Shown here piece by piece: positions 9,365 to 19,223 of a stretch of 64,000 nt of DNA. Location: contig DYEU01000010.1 in NCBI GenBank assembly GCA_020725555.1, forward strand, positions 74,980-138,979, in the 5' to 3' direction. The position numbers were made by a program, and so were the translations under genes. The stretch comes from Desulfatibacillum sp. GTDB taxonomy: Bacteria > Desulfobacterota > Desulfobacteria > Desulfobacterales > SpSt-501. Position 1 is the stretch's first letter. Each line of letters starts with the position of its first letter. Under the pieces are notes generated by a model, which saw only the letters and a list, made by a program, of their open reading frames with translations, was not told the origin of the DNA and did not search any database.

Positions 9365-9386
9365 GGAACCCCTCGCGGGGCCGGGC

Positions 9387-10205
9387 TCAGAAGGTCCCCT
9401 GAACCCCGTACACGTAGAGCAGCAGCGCGCCGAAGGCGATGCGGTACCAGGCGAAGGGGGCGAAGCTCCTGCGGGAGACGTAGGCGAGAAAGCCCCGGAT
9501 CACGAGCATCGCCGCGACGAAGGAGACGAGAAAGCCCACGGCGAAGAAGGGGAAATCCTGGGCCGTGAGCAGGGGGTAGACGTTCTTGTACTTGACGAGG
9601 GAGGCCCCGAGAAGGGCGGGGATGGCGAGGAAGAAGGAGAACTCGGCGGCCGCGGTGCGCGACAGGCCGAGCAGCAGCCCGCCGATGATCGTCGCCCCCG
9701 AGCGCGAAACGCCGGGGAATACGACCGCGAGCACCTGAAAGCACCCCACGGCGAGGGCCGTGCCGAGGGGGATGTCGTCCACGCCGAGCACCGCGGGTTT
9801 CCGCCGACGTGCCTCGACCCAGAGGATCGCGCCCCCCCCCGCCGCGAAGGCGATCGCCACGGGAAGGGGCCGGAACAAGTGGGCCTCGATCCAGCGTTCG
9901 GTGGGCAGGCCGATCACCACGGCCGGAAGGGTGCCGAGCCCCAGGTTGAACACGAGACGCCGGGCCGCCGGATCGCTTCTCAGGTTTCGCGCCACCCTTA
10001 GGAATTTCCCGCGGTAGAGCCAAAGCACGGCGAGGATGGCCCCGACCTGGATGATGACGAGAAAGGCGTTCTCCTTGGGTCCGGCAAAGCCGAGCAGATC
10101 GCCGGCCAGGATGAGGTGCCCGGTCGAGGAGACGGGCAGAAACTCGGTGACCCCCTCGACGACGCCCATGAGGGCCGCCTTGACCAGAACCACGAGATGC
10201 TCCAC
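9387..10205 (-). CDS. uppP: undecaprenyl-diphosphate phosphatase
   Basis: 272 aa, polytopic. N-terminal GVVEGVTEFLPVSSTGHLIL motif typical of BacA/UppP. Confidence 0.9.
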   Translation of the reverse strand: MEHLVVLVKAALMGVVEGVTEFLPVSSTGHLILAGDLLGFAGPKENAFLVIIQVGAILAVLWLYRGKFLRVARNLRSDPAARRLVFNLGLGTLPAVVIGLPTERWIEAHLFRPLPVAIAFAAGGGAILWVEARRRKPAVLGVDDIPLGTALAVGCFQVLAVVFPGVSRSGATIIGGLLLGLSRTAAAEFSFFLAIPALLGASLVKYKNVYPLLTAQDFPFFAVGFLVSFVAAMLVIRGFLAYVSRRSFAPFAWYRIAFGALLLYVYGVQGTF

Positions 10206-10317
10206 GCGAATCGCTCCTCGGCGTGAACCCGAAACGAGGAACCCCTCCCCTCCCCCCGGCCGCGCCGCGAAGGGGCCAGCCCCCCGCGATGCGCCGGACG
10301 AGGCCGCGGCCGCCGGC

Positions 10318-10584
10318 TCAGGGGGTGCGGGCGTTTTCGATTTCCTGCCGCTCTTCCTCGGGGAGATCGGGGACGATGGTGATCAGGTCATTGGGGCTGC
10401 ACTTGAAGTAGAGGCAGAGCTTCTCGACGATGCTCACGGCCGTGTTGTACCCGGGCCGGCGCGCAATCTTCGAGAGCGTGACCTTGGAGATCCCGGTGCG
10501 GCTGGAGATCTCGCGGTAGGTGATGTTGCGGTTTTCGCGCCGCTTTTTCTCGGCGATCAACGTCTTGAGGTTGTACTTGATCAT
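10318..10584 (-). CDS. XRE-family HTH transcriptional regulator
   Basis: 88 aa. ITYREISSRTGISKVTLSKIARR helix-turn-helix. Confidence 0.8.
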   Translation of the reverse strand: MIKYNLKTLIAEKKRRENRNITYREISSRTGISKVTLSKIARRPGYNTAVSIVEKLCLYFKCSPNDLITIVPDLPEEERQEIENARTP

Positions 10585-10735
10585 GGGACCGACCCTCGAG
10601 GCTTCCCGCGGCCGCGCCCAACCGCAGGCGGCGGCAACGCGGGGCGTGCGGTTTGCAGGGCGACTCTATCCCGCCTGCCGCGGCAATGCAACCGCCCGCC
10701 CTGCCCGGCCGCGGGTGCGGGAAGGCCCCGCCCCC

Positions 10736-12850
10736 TCAGCCCACCCCGGCCTTGGCGCGGGCGCGGACTCGGGCCTCCACCCAGAGCTTCAGGAGCAACG
10801 CGGCGGCGAGCAGCACCCCCAGCGCGTCCGTCGGCGTCGAGGGGTAGAAGAGCGCAAGCGCCGCCACGACCGCGAGCAGCCGCTCCCCGCGCGAGAGATC
10901 GCGGCAAAACCAGCCGACCACGCCGGCGTTCAGGCACAGGACCGCCAGCCCGCTCAGGAGATAGCGCTGCACGATGGCCAGGGCGGCCTCGGCTGCGGGC
11001 ATCGCCTGCAGGGCGGGGATGATGAGCAGCCCGGTCCCGTTCAGGGTGAGGATGAAGATGATCCCCACCAGGTACTTGGGCACCGCCACCCGTGCGGCAA
11101 AGACCCCCGTCTTCACGGGATCGGTGTTCATGACGGCGGCCGCGGCATAGGCCGAGAGGGCCACCGGCGGGGTCACCTCCGCCAGGACCGCGTAGTAGAA
11201 CAGGAACATGTGCGTCGCCAGCAGCGCGGCCTCCTCGGGGATGCCGTTCACCACGGCGAGCTGCTGGATGGTCGGCGCGGTGAGGGCCGAGGTGAGGACG
11301 TAGGTGGCGATCGGCGGCACCCCCATGCCGAGGATGAGGCTGAAGACGCCGGTGAAGGCCGTCGCGAGCAGCAGACTGCTGCCGCTGATCTTCATCATCA
11401 CCAGCGAGAACTTGGAGGCCAGCCCGCTCAGCACCATCATGGACATGATCATGTTCGCCGCGATCACCGCGCTCGCGATGGGCAGAAGGTGCAGGAAGCC
11501 CTCGGCGAGGGCCTCGGGGATGCTCCGAAGCGGCGGCCGGACGGTGGGATCGGCGTAGGCGAAGACGAGAAAGAGAAGCGCCGCCAGGCTCACGGTGATG
11601 TTGATCGAGTAGCCGCGGTAGATCATCAGGATGATCAGCGCGATCGGGGCGAAGACGTAGGCGTAGCGCCGGAAATAGCCGAAGTCGTGGCCGGTCTCGA
11701 TCTCCATGGGCTTCAGCCGCCGGCGCCGGACGTAGAGTTCGTTGTAGACGACGATCCCGAGGAGGTAGAGGAGCATCGGCCCGATCGCCATGGTGATGAT
11801 CCAGGCGTAGGGGATCGCGAGCAGCTCCACCATGATGAAGGAGATCGAGCCCATGACCGGCGGGGTGATGTAGGCGATCGAGCCCACGGTGGCGATGACG
11901 CCGGCTGCGACCAGCCGTTCGTAGCCGACGCGGTCGTAGAGCGAGCGCGTGAGGGTGGCCACGAACTGGGTGTCGGCCGCCCCCGATCCGGAGAACATCC
12001 CCATCAGGACGGCCATGACGCTGCTGGTGCGTCCCGGCGAGGCGGGGCTGCGGCCGACGAAGAGCAGCGCGATGTTGGCGATGATGCGCCCGTAGTCCAT
12101 CTTGGAGATCACCGCGCCGAGGGTCGTGAAATAGATGAGGTACTTGAGGGAAACGCCGGTGATCGTGCCGAAAATGCCGGCCTCGGTCTCGCAGTACATC
12201 TTGCCGAGGAGCATGTCGAGGCTGAAGCCGGGGTTGGAGAGGTAGCCCGGGATCACGTCGCCGTAGAGGTTGTAGAGGATGAACAGCATCACGAAGAGGG
12301 GCATGATGGGGCCGCTCAGCCGGAAGATGACCCCCAGGACCAGGAGCACCTCGCACAGGCCCATGAGGAGGTCCCAGGGCTCGGGCAGGATGGCGCGGTA
12401 GATCAGGGTCTCGTACTCGGCGACCAGATAGACGAAGGGCAGAAAGCAGAGCAGGGCGCAGACGAGGTTCGAGGGCCGCATCAGCCGGGGGACCAGGCAG
12501 GGAAGCATCGTCGCCGCCCAGACGAACCCCGCCGCCGCCTTGAAGCCCGCGGGCAGGTCGAGCTTGAAAAACTCGGCCACGACGAGCCCGGTCAGGGCCG
12601 CGAGCGGGACGCTGCCCGCGGCCCCCCGTTTCTTCACCCAGCGCCAGTTCAGGAGATAGCCCAGAAAGGCGACCAGAAAGACGTGGGTCGCCCGCTGCAC
12701 CTGCGTGAGATCGAAGATGGAGAGGCGCAGGAAGGTGAAGGGCAGGTAGGGGTGGAGAACAAGGTAGAGATGGTAGAGGGTCCCCAGCACCGCGGTCCCG
12801 TGGAGGATTTTCCGGATCACAGCGTCCACAGCAACCTCACTTCCAGGCAC
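10736..12850 (-). CDS. TRAP transporter fused 4TM/12TM permease (TAXI type)
   Basis: 704-aa polytopic protein downstream of a TAXI binding protein and a DUF1850 gene. The GTG start (12850 or 12829) overlaps the upstream gene. Confidence 0.85.
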   Translation of the reverse strand: MPGSEVAVDAVIRKILHGTAVLGTLYHLYLVLHPYLPFTFLRLSIFDLTQVQRATHVFLVAFLGYLLNWRWVKKRGAAGSVPLAALTGLVVAEFFKLDLPAGFKAAAGFVWAATMLPCLVPRLMRPSNLVCALLCFLPFVYLVAEYETLIYRAILPEPWDLLMGLCEVLLVLGVIFRLSGPIMPLFVMLFILYNLYGDVIPGYLSNPGFSLDMLLGKMYCETEAGIFGTITGVSLKYLIYFTTLGAVISKMDYGRIIANIALLFVGRSPASPGRTSSVMAVLMGMFSGSGAADTQFVATLTRSLYDRVGYERLVAAGVIATVGSIAYITPPVMGSISFIMVELLAIPYAWIITMAIGPMLLYLLGIVVYNELYVRRRRLKPMEIETGHDFGYFRRYAYVFAPIALIILMIYRGYSINITVSLAALLFLVFAYADPTVRPPLRSIPEALAEGFLHLLPIASAVIAANMIMSMMVLSGLASKFSLVMMKISGSSLLLATAFTGVFSLILGMGVPPIATYVLTSALTAPTIQQLAVVNGIPEEAALLATHMFLFYYAVLAEVTPPVALSAYAAAAVMNTDPVKTGVFAARVAVPKYLVGIIFILTLNGTGLLIIPALQAMPAAEAALAIVQRYLLSGLAVLCLNAGVVGWFCRDLSRGERLLAVVAALALFYPSTPTDALGVLLAAALLLKLWVEARVRARAKAGVG

Positions 12851-13215
12851 CCGCCGGCGACGTGCCGTTCGTGGAATCCCACGCGGAGGTCGATGCCGCG
12901 CATGGAGCAGAGGCGGATCGCTTCCACGGCCTCGCCGGAGGCGAGCTCGTTCAAGGCGTAGGCGCCCGCGGTGTAGTAGCTCTCCGTCAGCGGGTCGGTC
13001 GCCACGGAGAAGCCCTCGAAGCGGCGGCCCACCCGGAACCGGATTTCAACCGGCTTTTCAGTCACCGAGTTGACAAAGCGGATCTCACCGCGCTGCCCGC
13101 GCCAGAGGAGCATCCAGCCTTCCGCCCCGTCGCCGGTGACGAAGGCGGGCCTGGCCGCCGCGGCGAAGCCCAGGGCCAGAAGCAGGCCCGCGGCGGCCCA
13201 GCGGCGCGCACGCAC
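12817..13215 (-). CDS. DUF1850-like protein of TAXI-TRAP operons
   Basis: 132 aa with a signal-like N-terminus. Its position between the TAXI receptor and the fused permease is characteristic. Confidence 0.6.
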   Translation of the reverse strand: MRARRWAAAGLLLALGFAAAARPAFVTGDGAEGWMLLWRGQRGEIRFVNSVTEKPVEIRFRVGRRFEGFSVATDPLTESYYTAGAYALNELASGEAVEAIRLCSMRGIDLRVGFHERHVAGGCLEVRLLWTL

Positions 13216-13224
13216 GGCGGGGCC

Positions 13225-14220
13225 CTACTTCACCAGCCCTTTTTCCTTGAAATACTGCACCGCCCCGGGGTGGAAGGGGATCGCGCTCTTGCCGATGAAC
13301 TTGGCCGTGCTCTCCGGGGTGGTATCCCGGGCGGCCTTGACCGCGGCCCGCAGGGAGTCGAGGTTCTCGAAGACGGATTTCACGAGCTTGTGGGCGAGAT
13401 CCGCGGGCAGGCTCTCGGGGGCGACGAACATGTTCCAGAAGGCGAGCGTCGGCGTGTCCGCCTCGGTGCCGTAGATCTCCTTGGGGATGGGGAGCGAATC
13501 GGCGAGGCCTTGGAACTCGTCCTTGAACTTCTTCACCCCGGGGTCGTTGTCGGGCATGGGGACCAGGGTCATTTTCAGCCCCTTCCTGCCCAGGGTGTTG
13601 GCGAGCTCGACGAGAGACCCCGTGGGCAGCCCTCCCGACCAGAAGAAGGCGTCGATCGTCCCGTTGGCGAGCGCCTCCTCGGACTCCTTGGCGCCGAGCT
13701 TCTCCCATTTCTTGAACTTCGCCGGGTCCAGGCCGGCGGCGCGGACGAGGTTGAGGGCCGTGAATTCCGTCCCCGAGCCGGGGGCGCCGGTGGAGACGCG
13801 CTTGTCCTGGAGGTCGGCGAGCTTGCCCACCCCGCTCTTGTCGGTGGTGACGAGGTGGAGGAAGTTGGGGTACATCATCCAGAGGATGGCGGCCTTGACG
13901 GGCTTGTCCTTGAATTTTTCGTGTTTCCCGATGGTGGTGAAGTAGGCCGTGTCCGGAAGCACGGTGGCGATGAACCAGGTCTTCTTGTCGGGCTCGGTCT
14001 TGTCGCGGATGAGCATCATGTTGTCCACGGAGGCCGCCGTCTGCATGGCGGTGGCCGCGGCGAAGCCGGCCTTGTTGACGATCTCGCTCACCTGGGTGCC
14101 GTAGTAATAATAGACCCCCCCGATGCCGCCGGTGGCGATGACCAGTTTCGGGTTCTGCGCCTCGGCCGCGCCGCTAGCCGCGAACAGGATGACGACCATC
14201 AAAAGACCCCACCGTTTCAT
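13225..14220 (-). CDS. TAXI-family TRAP solute-binding protein
   Basis: Signal peptide, then ATGGIGGVYYYYGTQVSEIVNKA, typical of TAXI receptors. Confidence 0.85.
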   Translation of the reverse strand: MKRWGLLMVVILFAASGAAEAQNPKLVIATGGIGGVYYYYGTQVSEIVNKAGFAAATAMQTAASVDNMMLIRDKTEPDKKTWFIATVLPDTAYFTTIGKHEKFKDKPVKAAILWMMYPNFLHLVTTDKSGVGKLADLQDKRVSTGAPGSGTEFTALNLVRAAGLDPAKFKKWEKLGAKESEEALANGTIDAFFWSGGLPTGSLVELANTLGRKGLKMTLVPMPDNDPGVKKFKDEFQGLADSLPIPKEIYGTEADTPTLAFWNMFVAPESLPADLAHKLVKSVFENLDSLRAAVKAARDTTPESTAKFIGKSAIPFHPGAVQYFKEKGLVK

Positions 14221-14399
14221 GTGCCCCTCCTTTCCCTGGTGTCCTGGGGTGGTCCGCGAAGCCGCGGTCCGATGAACCGCTCTTAAACGAAGCCGCCGGA
14301 GAAATCAATCGGCGGACAGTCATTGTTCCCCCGTCAAAAATCTGAATCGGGATTCATGAAAAAAAGACGCGCCGCGGGGGAGAGGCGATGCCGCTGAAT

Positions 14400-15491
14400 T
14401 CAGGGGTGCGGACGGCGCGCGTTCTGGATCAGGGCGAGATCGGCGAGCACGAGGGCCGCCATGCTCTCGACGACGGGCACGGCGCGCGGCACCACGCAGG
14501 GGTCGTGGCGGCCGCGGGCCTCGATCCGCACCGGCCGGCCCGCGAAGTCGACCCCCGGCTGAGGGCGGCCGATCGTGGCCGGTGGCTTGAACGCGACGCG
14601 AAAGACGATCGGCTCGCCGTTGGTGACCCCGCCCTGGACCCCGCCGCTCCGGTTGGTGAGGGTCCCCAGGCGGCCTTCCTTCCAGACGAACAGGTCGTTG
14701 TGGGCGCTGCCGCGCATGCGCGCGCCGGCGAAGCCCGAGCCGATCTCGAAGCCCTTGACCGCGGGGATGGAGAGCATGGCCTGGGCGAGCAGGGCCTCGG
14801 CCTTGGAAAACACCGGCTCCCCCCATCCCGGCGGGACCCCGCGGCAGACGCAGCACACGACCCCGCCGACCGAGTCTTGCTCCTCGCGGGCGCGGGCGAT
14901 CTCCTCCTCCATGCGCCGCGCGGCCTCCTCCTGCGGGCAGCGCACGGCGAAACGGTCGACCGCCGGCCGGTCGACCGTCGCCGGGTCGACCGCGGGGCAG
15001 TCCACCTCCCCGACCGCGCTCACCCAGCCGACGATCTCCACCCCCCAGCGCTCGCGGAGCAGCTTCTCGGCCACCGCGCCGGCCGCCACCCGCCCCGCCG
15101 TCTCGCGCGCGCTCGCGCGCCCCCCGCCGCTCGAGGCGGCGATGCCGTATTTCGCGCGGTAGGTGTAATCGGCATGGGAAGGACGCGGCGCCGCGGCAAG
15201 CGCCGTGTAGTCCTCCGGCCGCATGTCCCGGTTGGCGATGTGCAAGGCGATCGGCGTCCCCAGGGTGAGGCCGTTTTCAGTGCCGCTCAAAATCGTGACC
15301 CGGTCGGCCTCGTCCCGCTCCGTCGTGAGCCGGCCCTGGCCGGGCCGCCGGCGGTCGAGCTGGGGCTGGATGTCCTCCTCGCGCAGAGCAAGCCGCGGCG
15401 GGCAGCCGTCCACCACGGCCCCCACGGCCCGGCCGTGGGATTCGCCGAAGGTTGTCACCCGAAACAACGTGCCGAAGCTGCTGCCCATCAT
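14400..15491 (-). CDS. aroC: chorismate synthase
   Basis: [33 protein letters not shown]-terminus. Start moved from 16199 to ATG 15491 (AAGGAGG upstream). Confidence 0.9.
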   Translation of the reverse strand: MMGSSFGTLFRVTTFGESHGRAVGAVVDGCPPRLALREEDIQPQLDRRRPGQGRLTTERDEADRVTILSGTENGLTLGTPIALHIANRDMRPEDYTALAAAPRPSHADYTYRAKYGIAASSGGGRASARETAGRVAAGAVAEKLLRERWGVEIVGWVSAVGEVDCPAVDPATVDRPAVDRFAVRCPQEEAARRMEEEIARAREEQDSVGGVVCCVCRGVPPGWGEPVFSKAEALLAQAMLSIPAVKGFEIGSGFAGARMRGSAHNDLFVWKEGRLGTLTNRSGGVQGGVTNGEPIVFRVAFKPPATIGRPQPGVDFAGRPVRIEARGRHDPCVVPRAVPVVESMAALVLADLALIQNARRPHP

Positions 15492-15656
15492 CTCCTCCCC
15501 GCCTCCTTCCTTGCGGGTCCGGCGGGCCGCCTTCCCCGGCTCCCGCCGCCGCGCCGCGGCCGGGGTCGTTTGCAAAACGGGGGATGCCGGAATAATAAAG
15601 AAGGCCGCGGCGGCCCCCGACCCCCCGGATGCCGCCGACGCTGAAAGGGGGGGCCC

Positions 15657-16475
15657 GTGCCGCGTTTCTGCGCCAACCTCAGCTTGCTGTTCACCGAGGT
15701 CGACTTCCTGGACCGCTTCGCCGCGGCGGCCGCGGCGGGCTTTCGGGCGGTCGAATGTCAGTTCCCCTACGCCTGGCCGGCGGAACGCATCGCCGCGGCG
15801 CTTGCGGCGAACGGGCTGCAGATGATCCTGCACAACCTCCCGCCGGGGGAATGGGAGGCCGGGGACCGCGGCCTCGCCTGCATTCCGGGCCGGGAGGCGG
15901 AGTTCCGCGCAGGGCTGGAAACCGCGATCGCCTACGCCCGCAGGCTCGGCTGCCGCCGCCTCAACTGCCTGGCGGGGATCCCTCCGGCCGAGGCGCCCGC
16001 CGCGGCGGTGCACGCCACCTTGGTCGCCAACCTCCGCCATGCCGCCGCGCGCCTGGCGCGCGAGGGAATCCGCCTGCTCATCGAGCCGCTCAACGACCGG
16101 GACGTCCCGGGGTTCTTTCTCCGCCGCACCGCGGAGGCCGTGCGCCTCATCGCGGAGGTGGGCCACCCCAACCTCTTGTTGCAGTACGACGTCTACCACA
16201 TGCAGGTCATGGAGGGAAACCTAATCCGCACCCTGCGGGCGCACCTCGACCGGATCGGCCACATCCAGATCGCCGACCCGCCGGGGCGCAACGAGCCGGG
16301 AACCGGGGAAGTCAATTTCGCCAATCTCTTCCGCGTCTTGGACGAGGCGGGCTACGCGGGCTGGGTCGGCTGCGAGTACCGGCCCTCGCGGGACACGGTC
16401 TCGAGCCTCGGCTGGCTCCGGCACCCGGAGGGGTGCCCGCCTGCCGGGCATACCCCAGGCATTCCGGGAGGATGA
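15657..16475 (+). CDS. hyi: hydroxypyruvate isomerase family protein (xylose-isomerase-like TIM barrel)
   Basis: [20 protein letters not shown] start typical of Hyi/OtnI-like isomerases. GTG start. Confidence 0.75.
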   Translation: MPRFCANLSLLFTEVDFLDRFAAAAAAGFRAVECQFPYAWPAERIAAALAANGLQMILHNLPPGEWEAGDRGLACIPGREAEFRAGLETAIAYARRLGCRRLNCLAGIPPAEAPAAAVHATLVANLRHAAARLAREGIRLLIEPLNDRDVPGFFLRRTAEAVRLIAEVGHPNLLLQYDVYHMQVMEGNLIRTLRAHLDRIGHIQIADPPGRNEPGTGEVNFANLFRVLDEAGYAGWVGCEYRPSRDTVSSLGWLRHPEGCPPAGHTPGIPGG

Positions 16476-16478
16476 AGG

Positions 16479-16877
16479 ATGGGACTGTTGCGCATGGTGG
16501 CCGAATCCGAGGCCACGGGAAAGGTCCGGGAGGTCTACGAGGACATCATGGCCGTCAAGGGCATCGGGTTCGTGCCCAACTTCTGGAAGGCGCTCGCGGT
16601 CTTCCCCGAGCACCTCGAAGCCACCTGGCAGAAGCTGAAAACGGTCATGCGGCCCGGCAGGCTCGATCTGCGGACCAAGGAGATCATCGCGCTCGCCGTC
16701 TCGATCACCAACAACTGCGAGTACTGCATCCATTCCCACACCGCGGCCCTGAAGCGCCTCGGCCTGGACAACGCGGCGATCGGCGAGATCGTGGCCGTGG
16801 TGGACGTCTTTAACGGCACCAACCGCATCGCCAACGCCTACCGGATCGAACCGGACGTCACCCCCGACCCCGAGTGA
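16479..16877 (+). CDS. carboxymuconolactone decarboxylase (AhpD-like) family protein
   Basis: CMD-family core KEIIALAVSITNNCEYCIHSH. Confidence 0.8.
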   Translation: MGLLRMVAESEATGKVREVYEDIMAVKGIGFVPNFWKALAVFPEHLEATWQKLKTVMRPGRLDLRTKEIIALAVSITNNCEYCIHSHTAALKRLGLDNAAIGEIVAVVDVFNGTNRIANAYRIEPDVTPDPE

Positions 16878-16901
16878 GGTCCGGGGGAAAGCGGCCGATT
16901 C

Positions 16902-17642
16902 GTGGAGGCGCTGGCGTTTCTCCGGGGGACGGATTTCGCGGCCGCGGCGGGGGTGGCGGCGCTCGCCGGCTTTCTGCGCGGCTTCGTCGGCGTCGGCTCG
17001 GGCATGCTGATGGCACCCGTGTTCGCCGTGCTCTTCGGCCCGCTGGCGGCGGTGGGGATGGTCGTTTTGCTCGACGCCGCGGCCACGCTGCAACTGCTGC
17101 CCGCGCTGTGGCGGCGCATCGCCTGGCGCGAGGTCCTGCCCATGGCCGCCGCCGCCGCGCTCGCGATGCCCGCGGGGACCCGCCTCTTGCTCGCGGTGGA
17201 ACCGCGCACGATGAGCCGGATCATCGCCGCTCTGGTCCTCGGGTTCGTCCTGATCCTCGCCGCCGGGTGGCGGTGGCGCGGGCCGCGCAACACCGGCGTC
17301 CGTCTCGGGGTCGGGGCGGTGTCGGGGGTTCTGGCCGCCGCCACCGGCATGGGCAACCCGCCCGTGATCGTCTATTTCCTTTCGGGCGCTGGCGAGGCGG
17401 CCGACCACCGGGCGAACTTCACGGGCTACTTCGCGGTCACGCTGGCGACCCTGATCGCGATGATGGCCGCCCGGGGGCTCTTCGAGGAGACGACGCTCCT
17501 TCGCGCAACGGGGCTTTCGCCCTGTTTTCTCCTCGCAACGGGGTTCGGCGGGCGGGTATTCCTTCGCGCCAGCGGGCGACGCTACCGGCAGGTGGCACTC
17601 GGGCTTCTGTTCGCCGCGGGGCTCTACGGGCTGTTGCGCTGA
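16902..17642 (+). CDS. TauE/SafE-family anion (sulfite/sulfonate) exporter
   Basis: 246-aa polytopic protein. GFVGVGSGMLMAPVF motif of the TauE/SafE family. Confidence 0.75.
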   Translation: MEALAFLRGTDFAAAAGVAALAGFLRGFVGVGSGMLMAPVFAVLFGPLAAVGMVVLLDAAATLQLLPALWRRIAWREVLPMAAAAALAMPAGTRLLLAVEPRTMSRIIAALVLGFVLILAAGWRWRGPRNTGVRLGVGAVSGVLAAATGMGNPPVIVYFLSGAGEAADHRANFTGYFAVTLATLIAMMAARGLFEETTLLRATGLSPCFLLATGFGGRVFLRASGRRYRQVALGLLFAAGLYGLLR

Positions 17643-17671
17643 GGGCACGGCCCGGAGCCCCCGTCGCCGGC

Positions 17672-17697
17672 GCAAAAGAAAAGCGCCGCAGCGCTTT
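17672..17697 (-). terminator. intrinsic terminator downstream of the amidohydrolase-fold gene
   Basis: Minus strand AAAGCGC-TGCG-GCGCTTT followed by TCTTTTG. Confidence 0.5.
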
Positions 17698-17749
17698 CCC
17701 GGTCGGACAAGGCGGGATCCGAGGCGGGAGCGTGGGAAAGCGGCGGCGC

Positions 17750-18676
17750 TCAGCGGCCCAGGCGGGCCATGACCTCGCGGACGATCTCGCCCACCAGGTC
17801 CTGCATGCGGCCTCCTTCGGTGGCGGCGGCGGCGGGCGCAGCCGGTTTCAGGCCCAGGAGCTTGGCGGCGTTGTCGTACATGATCTTCTGCTTCACCTCG
17901 GGTTTGAAGGGAAGCTTTTCGTATTTCTGCAGCGCCTCGCGGAAATCGACGAAGGGGTGGGCGCTCGCGAACAGGATCTTGTCGCCGATCATCGTGTTGG
18001 CCGCCTCGACGTAGGCTTCGGCCATGGGCGAGAATTCATACTCGGAAAGGTCGATGTAGACGTTGCGGTTGCGTTGGGCCACGGTGATGGCCTCGTTCAC
18101 CCAGGGGTAGCCGCCGTGGCTGATCACGATCTTGAGTTCCGGGAAGTCGCGCGCCACGAAGTCGATGTACCGCGGGGCCACGTGGTCGATGATGGCGTTG
18201 GGCACCAGGGTCGCCGGACCGGTCGTGAAGATGATCGGGATGTCGAGCTCGCAGCACTTGGCGTAGATGGGGTAATACTTCGCGTCGTTGGCGTAGATCT
18301 GGGCGAGGTAGGGATCGACCGCCGCCCCCCGCATCCCCAGCTCCGTGACCGAGGCCTTGAGCTCGTGGATGGCGCGCATGCCCTTGTGCGGGTCCAGGCC
18401 GATGAAGCCGATGAACTTGTTGGGAAACTGGCGGACGAACTCGATGACGCTGTCGTTGTTGGAACGCGCGCCGTAGGTGGTTTCGCAGTCCCGGCCGGTG
18501 ATGACCGCCCACTCGATGTTGTAGCGGTCGAGGTCGGCGACGACCTCGGGGACCGTCTGGGGCTTCATCTTCGAAAAATCGATCGTTTCACAGAGCCCCT
18601 TGAACATCTTGCTGTTCTGGATGCCGGTGAGCACCTCGGCGGTGTTCGGCCTGAACCGGAAATCGATGATCTTCAT
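17750..18676 (-). CDS. amidohydrolase-fold (Amidohydro_2-like) protein lacking canonical metal ligands, with a C-terminal linker and amphipathic tail
   Basis: Start at ATG 18676 (GGGAGAGGGGA upstream). TIM-barrel amidohydrolase-2 pattern but MKIIDFRFRP, IPIIFTTGP, ISHGG and LFASAHPF. Tail KPAAPAAAATEGGRMQDLVGEIVREVMARLGR. Confidence 0.7.
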   Translation of the reverse strand: MKIIDFRFRPNTAEVLTGIQNSKMFKGLCETIDFSKMKPQTVPEVVADLDRYNIEWAVITGRDCETTYGARSNNDSVIEFVRQFPNKFIGFIGLDPHKGMRAIHELKASVTELGMRGAAVDPYLAQIYANDAKYYPIYAKCCELDIPIIFTTGPATLVPNAIIDHVAPRYIDFVARDFPELKIVISHGGYPWVNEAITVAQRNRNVYIDLSEYEFSPMAEAYVEAANTMIGDKILFASAHPFVDFREALQKYEKLPFKPEVKQKIMYDNAAKLLGLKPAAPAAAATEGGRMQDLVGEIVREVMARLGR

Positions 18677-18745
18677 TACGGTCCCCTCTCCCTGGATCGG
18701 ATGCCCGCTTCGAGATGAAAAGCCCTCCCGCATCGGGGATCAGCA

Positions 18746-18761
18746 AGCAAACAGGATGCCA
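18746..18761 (-). promoter_or_regulatory. sigma54 (-24/-12) promoter for the amidohydrolase-fold gene
   Basis: Minus strand TGGCATCCTGTTTGCT. GG and GC are exactly 12 nt apart. About 60 nt upstream of ATG 18676. Confidence 0.65.
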
Positions 18762-19004
18762 CAAAACATTCAAGGACGGCCGCTCCCCCCGCCCGGCGCG
18801 GCCCTCCCGGGCGGAAGCCGCCTCACCTTGCGGGGAAACGTCGCCGCCGGAGGTCATCCCGCCGGGAAAATGAACCGCCGCCGCGGCCGGGCGGCAAGGG
18901 CCGCGGTGCGGGAGCGAAGGGCCGCAAACGGCATGGCGGCGGCGAATTTCCCCGCCGGGAATCGAAAAGCGGTTCGATACAAAACCGTTTCAGGCCCCGA
19001 ACTT

Positions 19005-19020
19005 GTTGCATATCTGCATG
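19005..19020. promoter_or_regulatory. 16-bp palindrome copy 1 (candidate enhancer/UAS)
   Basis: GTTGCA-TATC-TGCATG. Confidence 0.55.
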
Positions 19021-19078
19021 GATTAGCAATAACGACCGAGAATATCAAATTTTTTTTGTTTGACTGCCCCGGCGCCAA

Positions 19079-19094
19079 GGTGCAAATATGCAGC
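19079..19094. promoter_or_regulatory. 16-bp palindrome copy 2 (candidate UAS)
   Basis: GGTGCA-AATA-TGCAGC. Confidence 0.55.
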
Positions 19095-19207
19095 AGACGC
19101 CTCTTGGCGCGCCGCCGACGGGCGGCCACAAGACAAAAAATCAAAGAAATTTCAATGGGTATCTGCAAGATCGGCTTCATGCGCGGGAAAGGGCGCGGCA
19201 CAAAGAA

Positions 19208-19223
19208 GCTGCATATTTGCAAC
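19208..19223. promoter_or_regulatory. 16-bp palindrome copy 3 (candidate UAS)
   Basis: GCTGCA-TATT-TGCAAC. A degenerate half-site, AATGGG-TATC-TGCAAG, lies at 19154-19169. Confidence 0.55.

Noticed and set aside
16521-16535. KVREV in the N-terminus of the CMD/AhpD-like protein, resembling the (I/L)VREV targeting-like motif.
   Set aside because: It sits in the conserved N-terminal helix typical of this family (..G.V.E.Y..I..). It is not set off by a linker and not terminal, and the gene is not part of the sigma54 regulon. It is probably coincidental.
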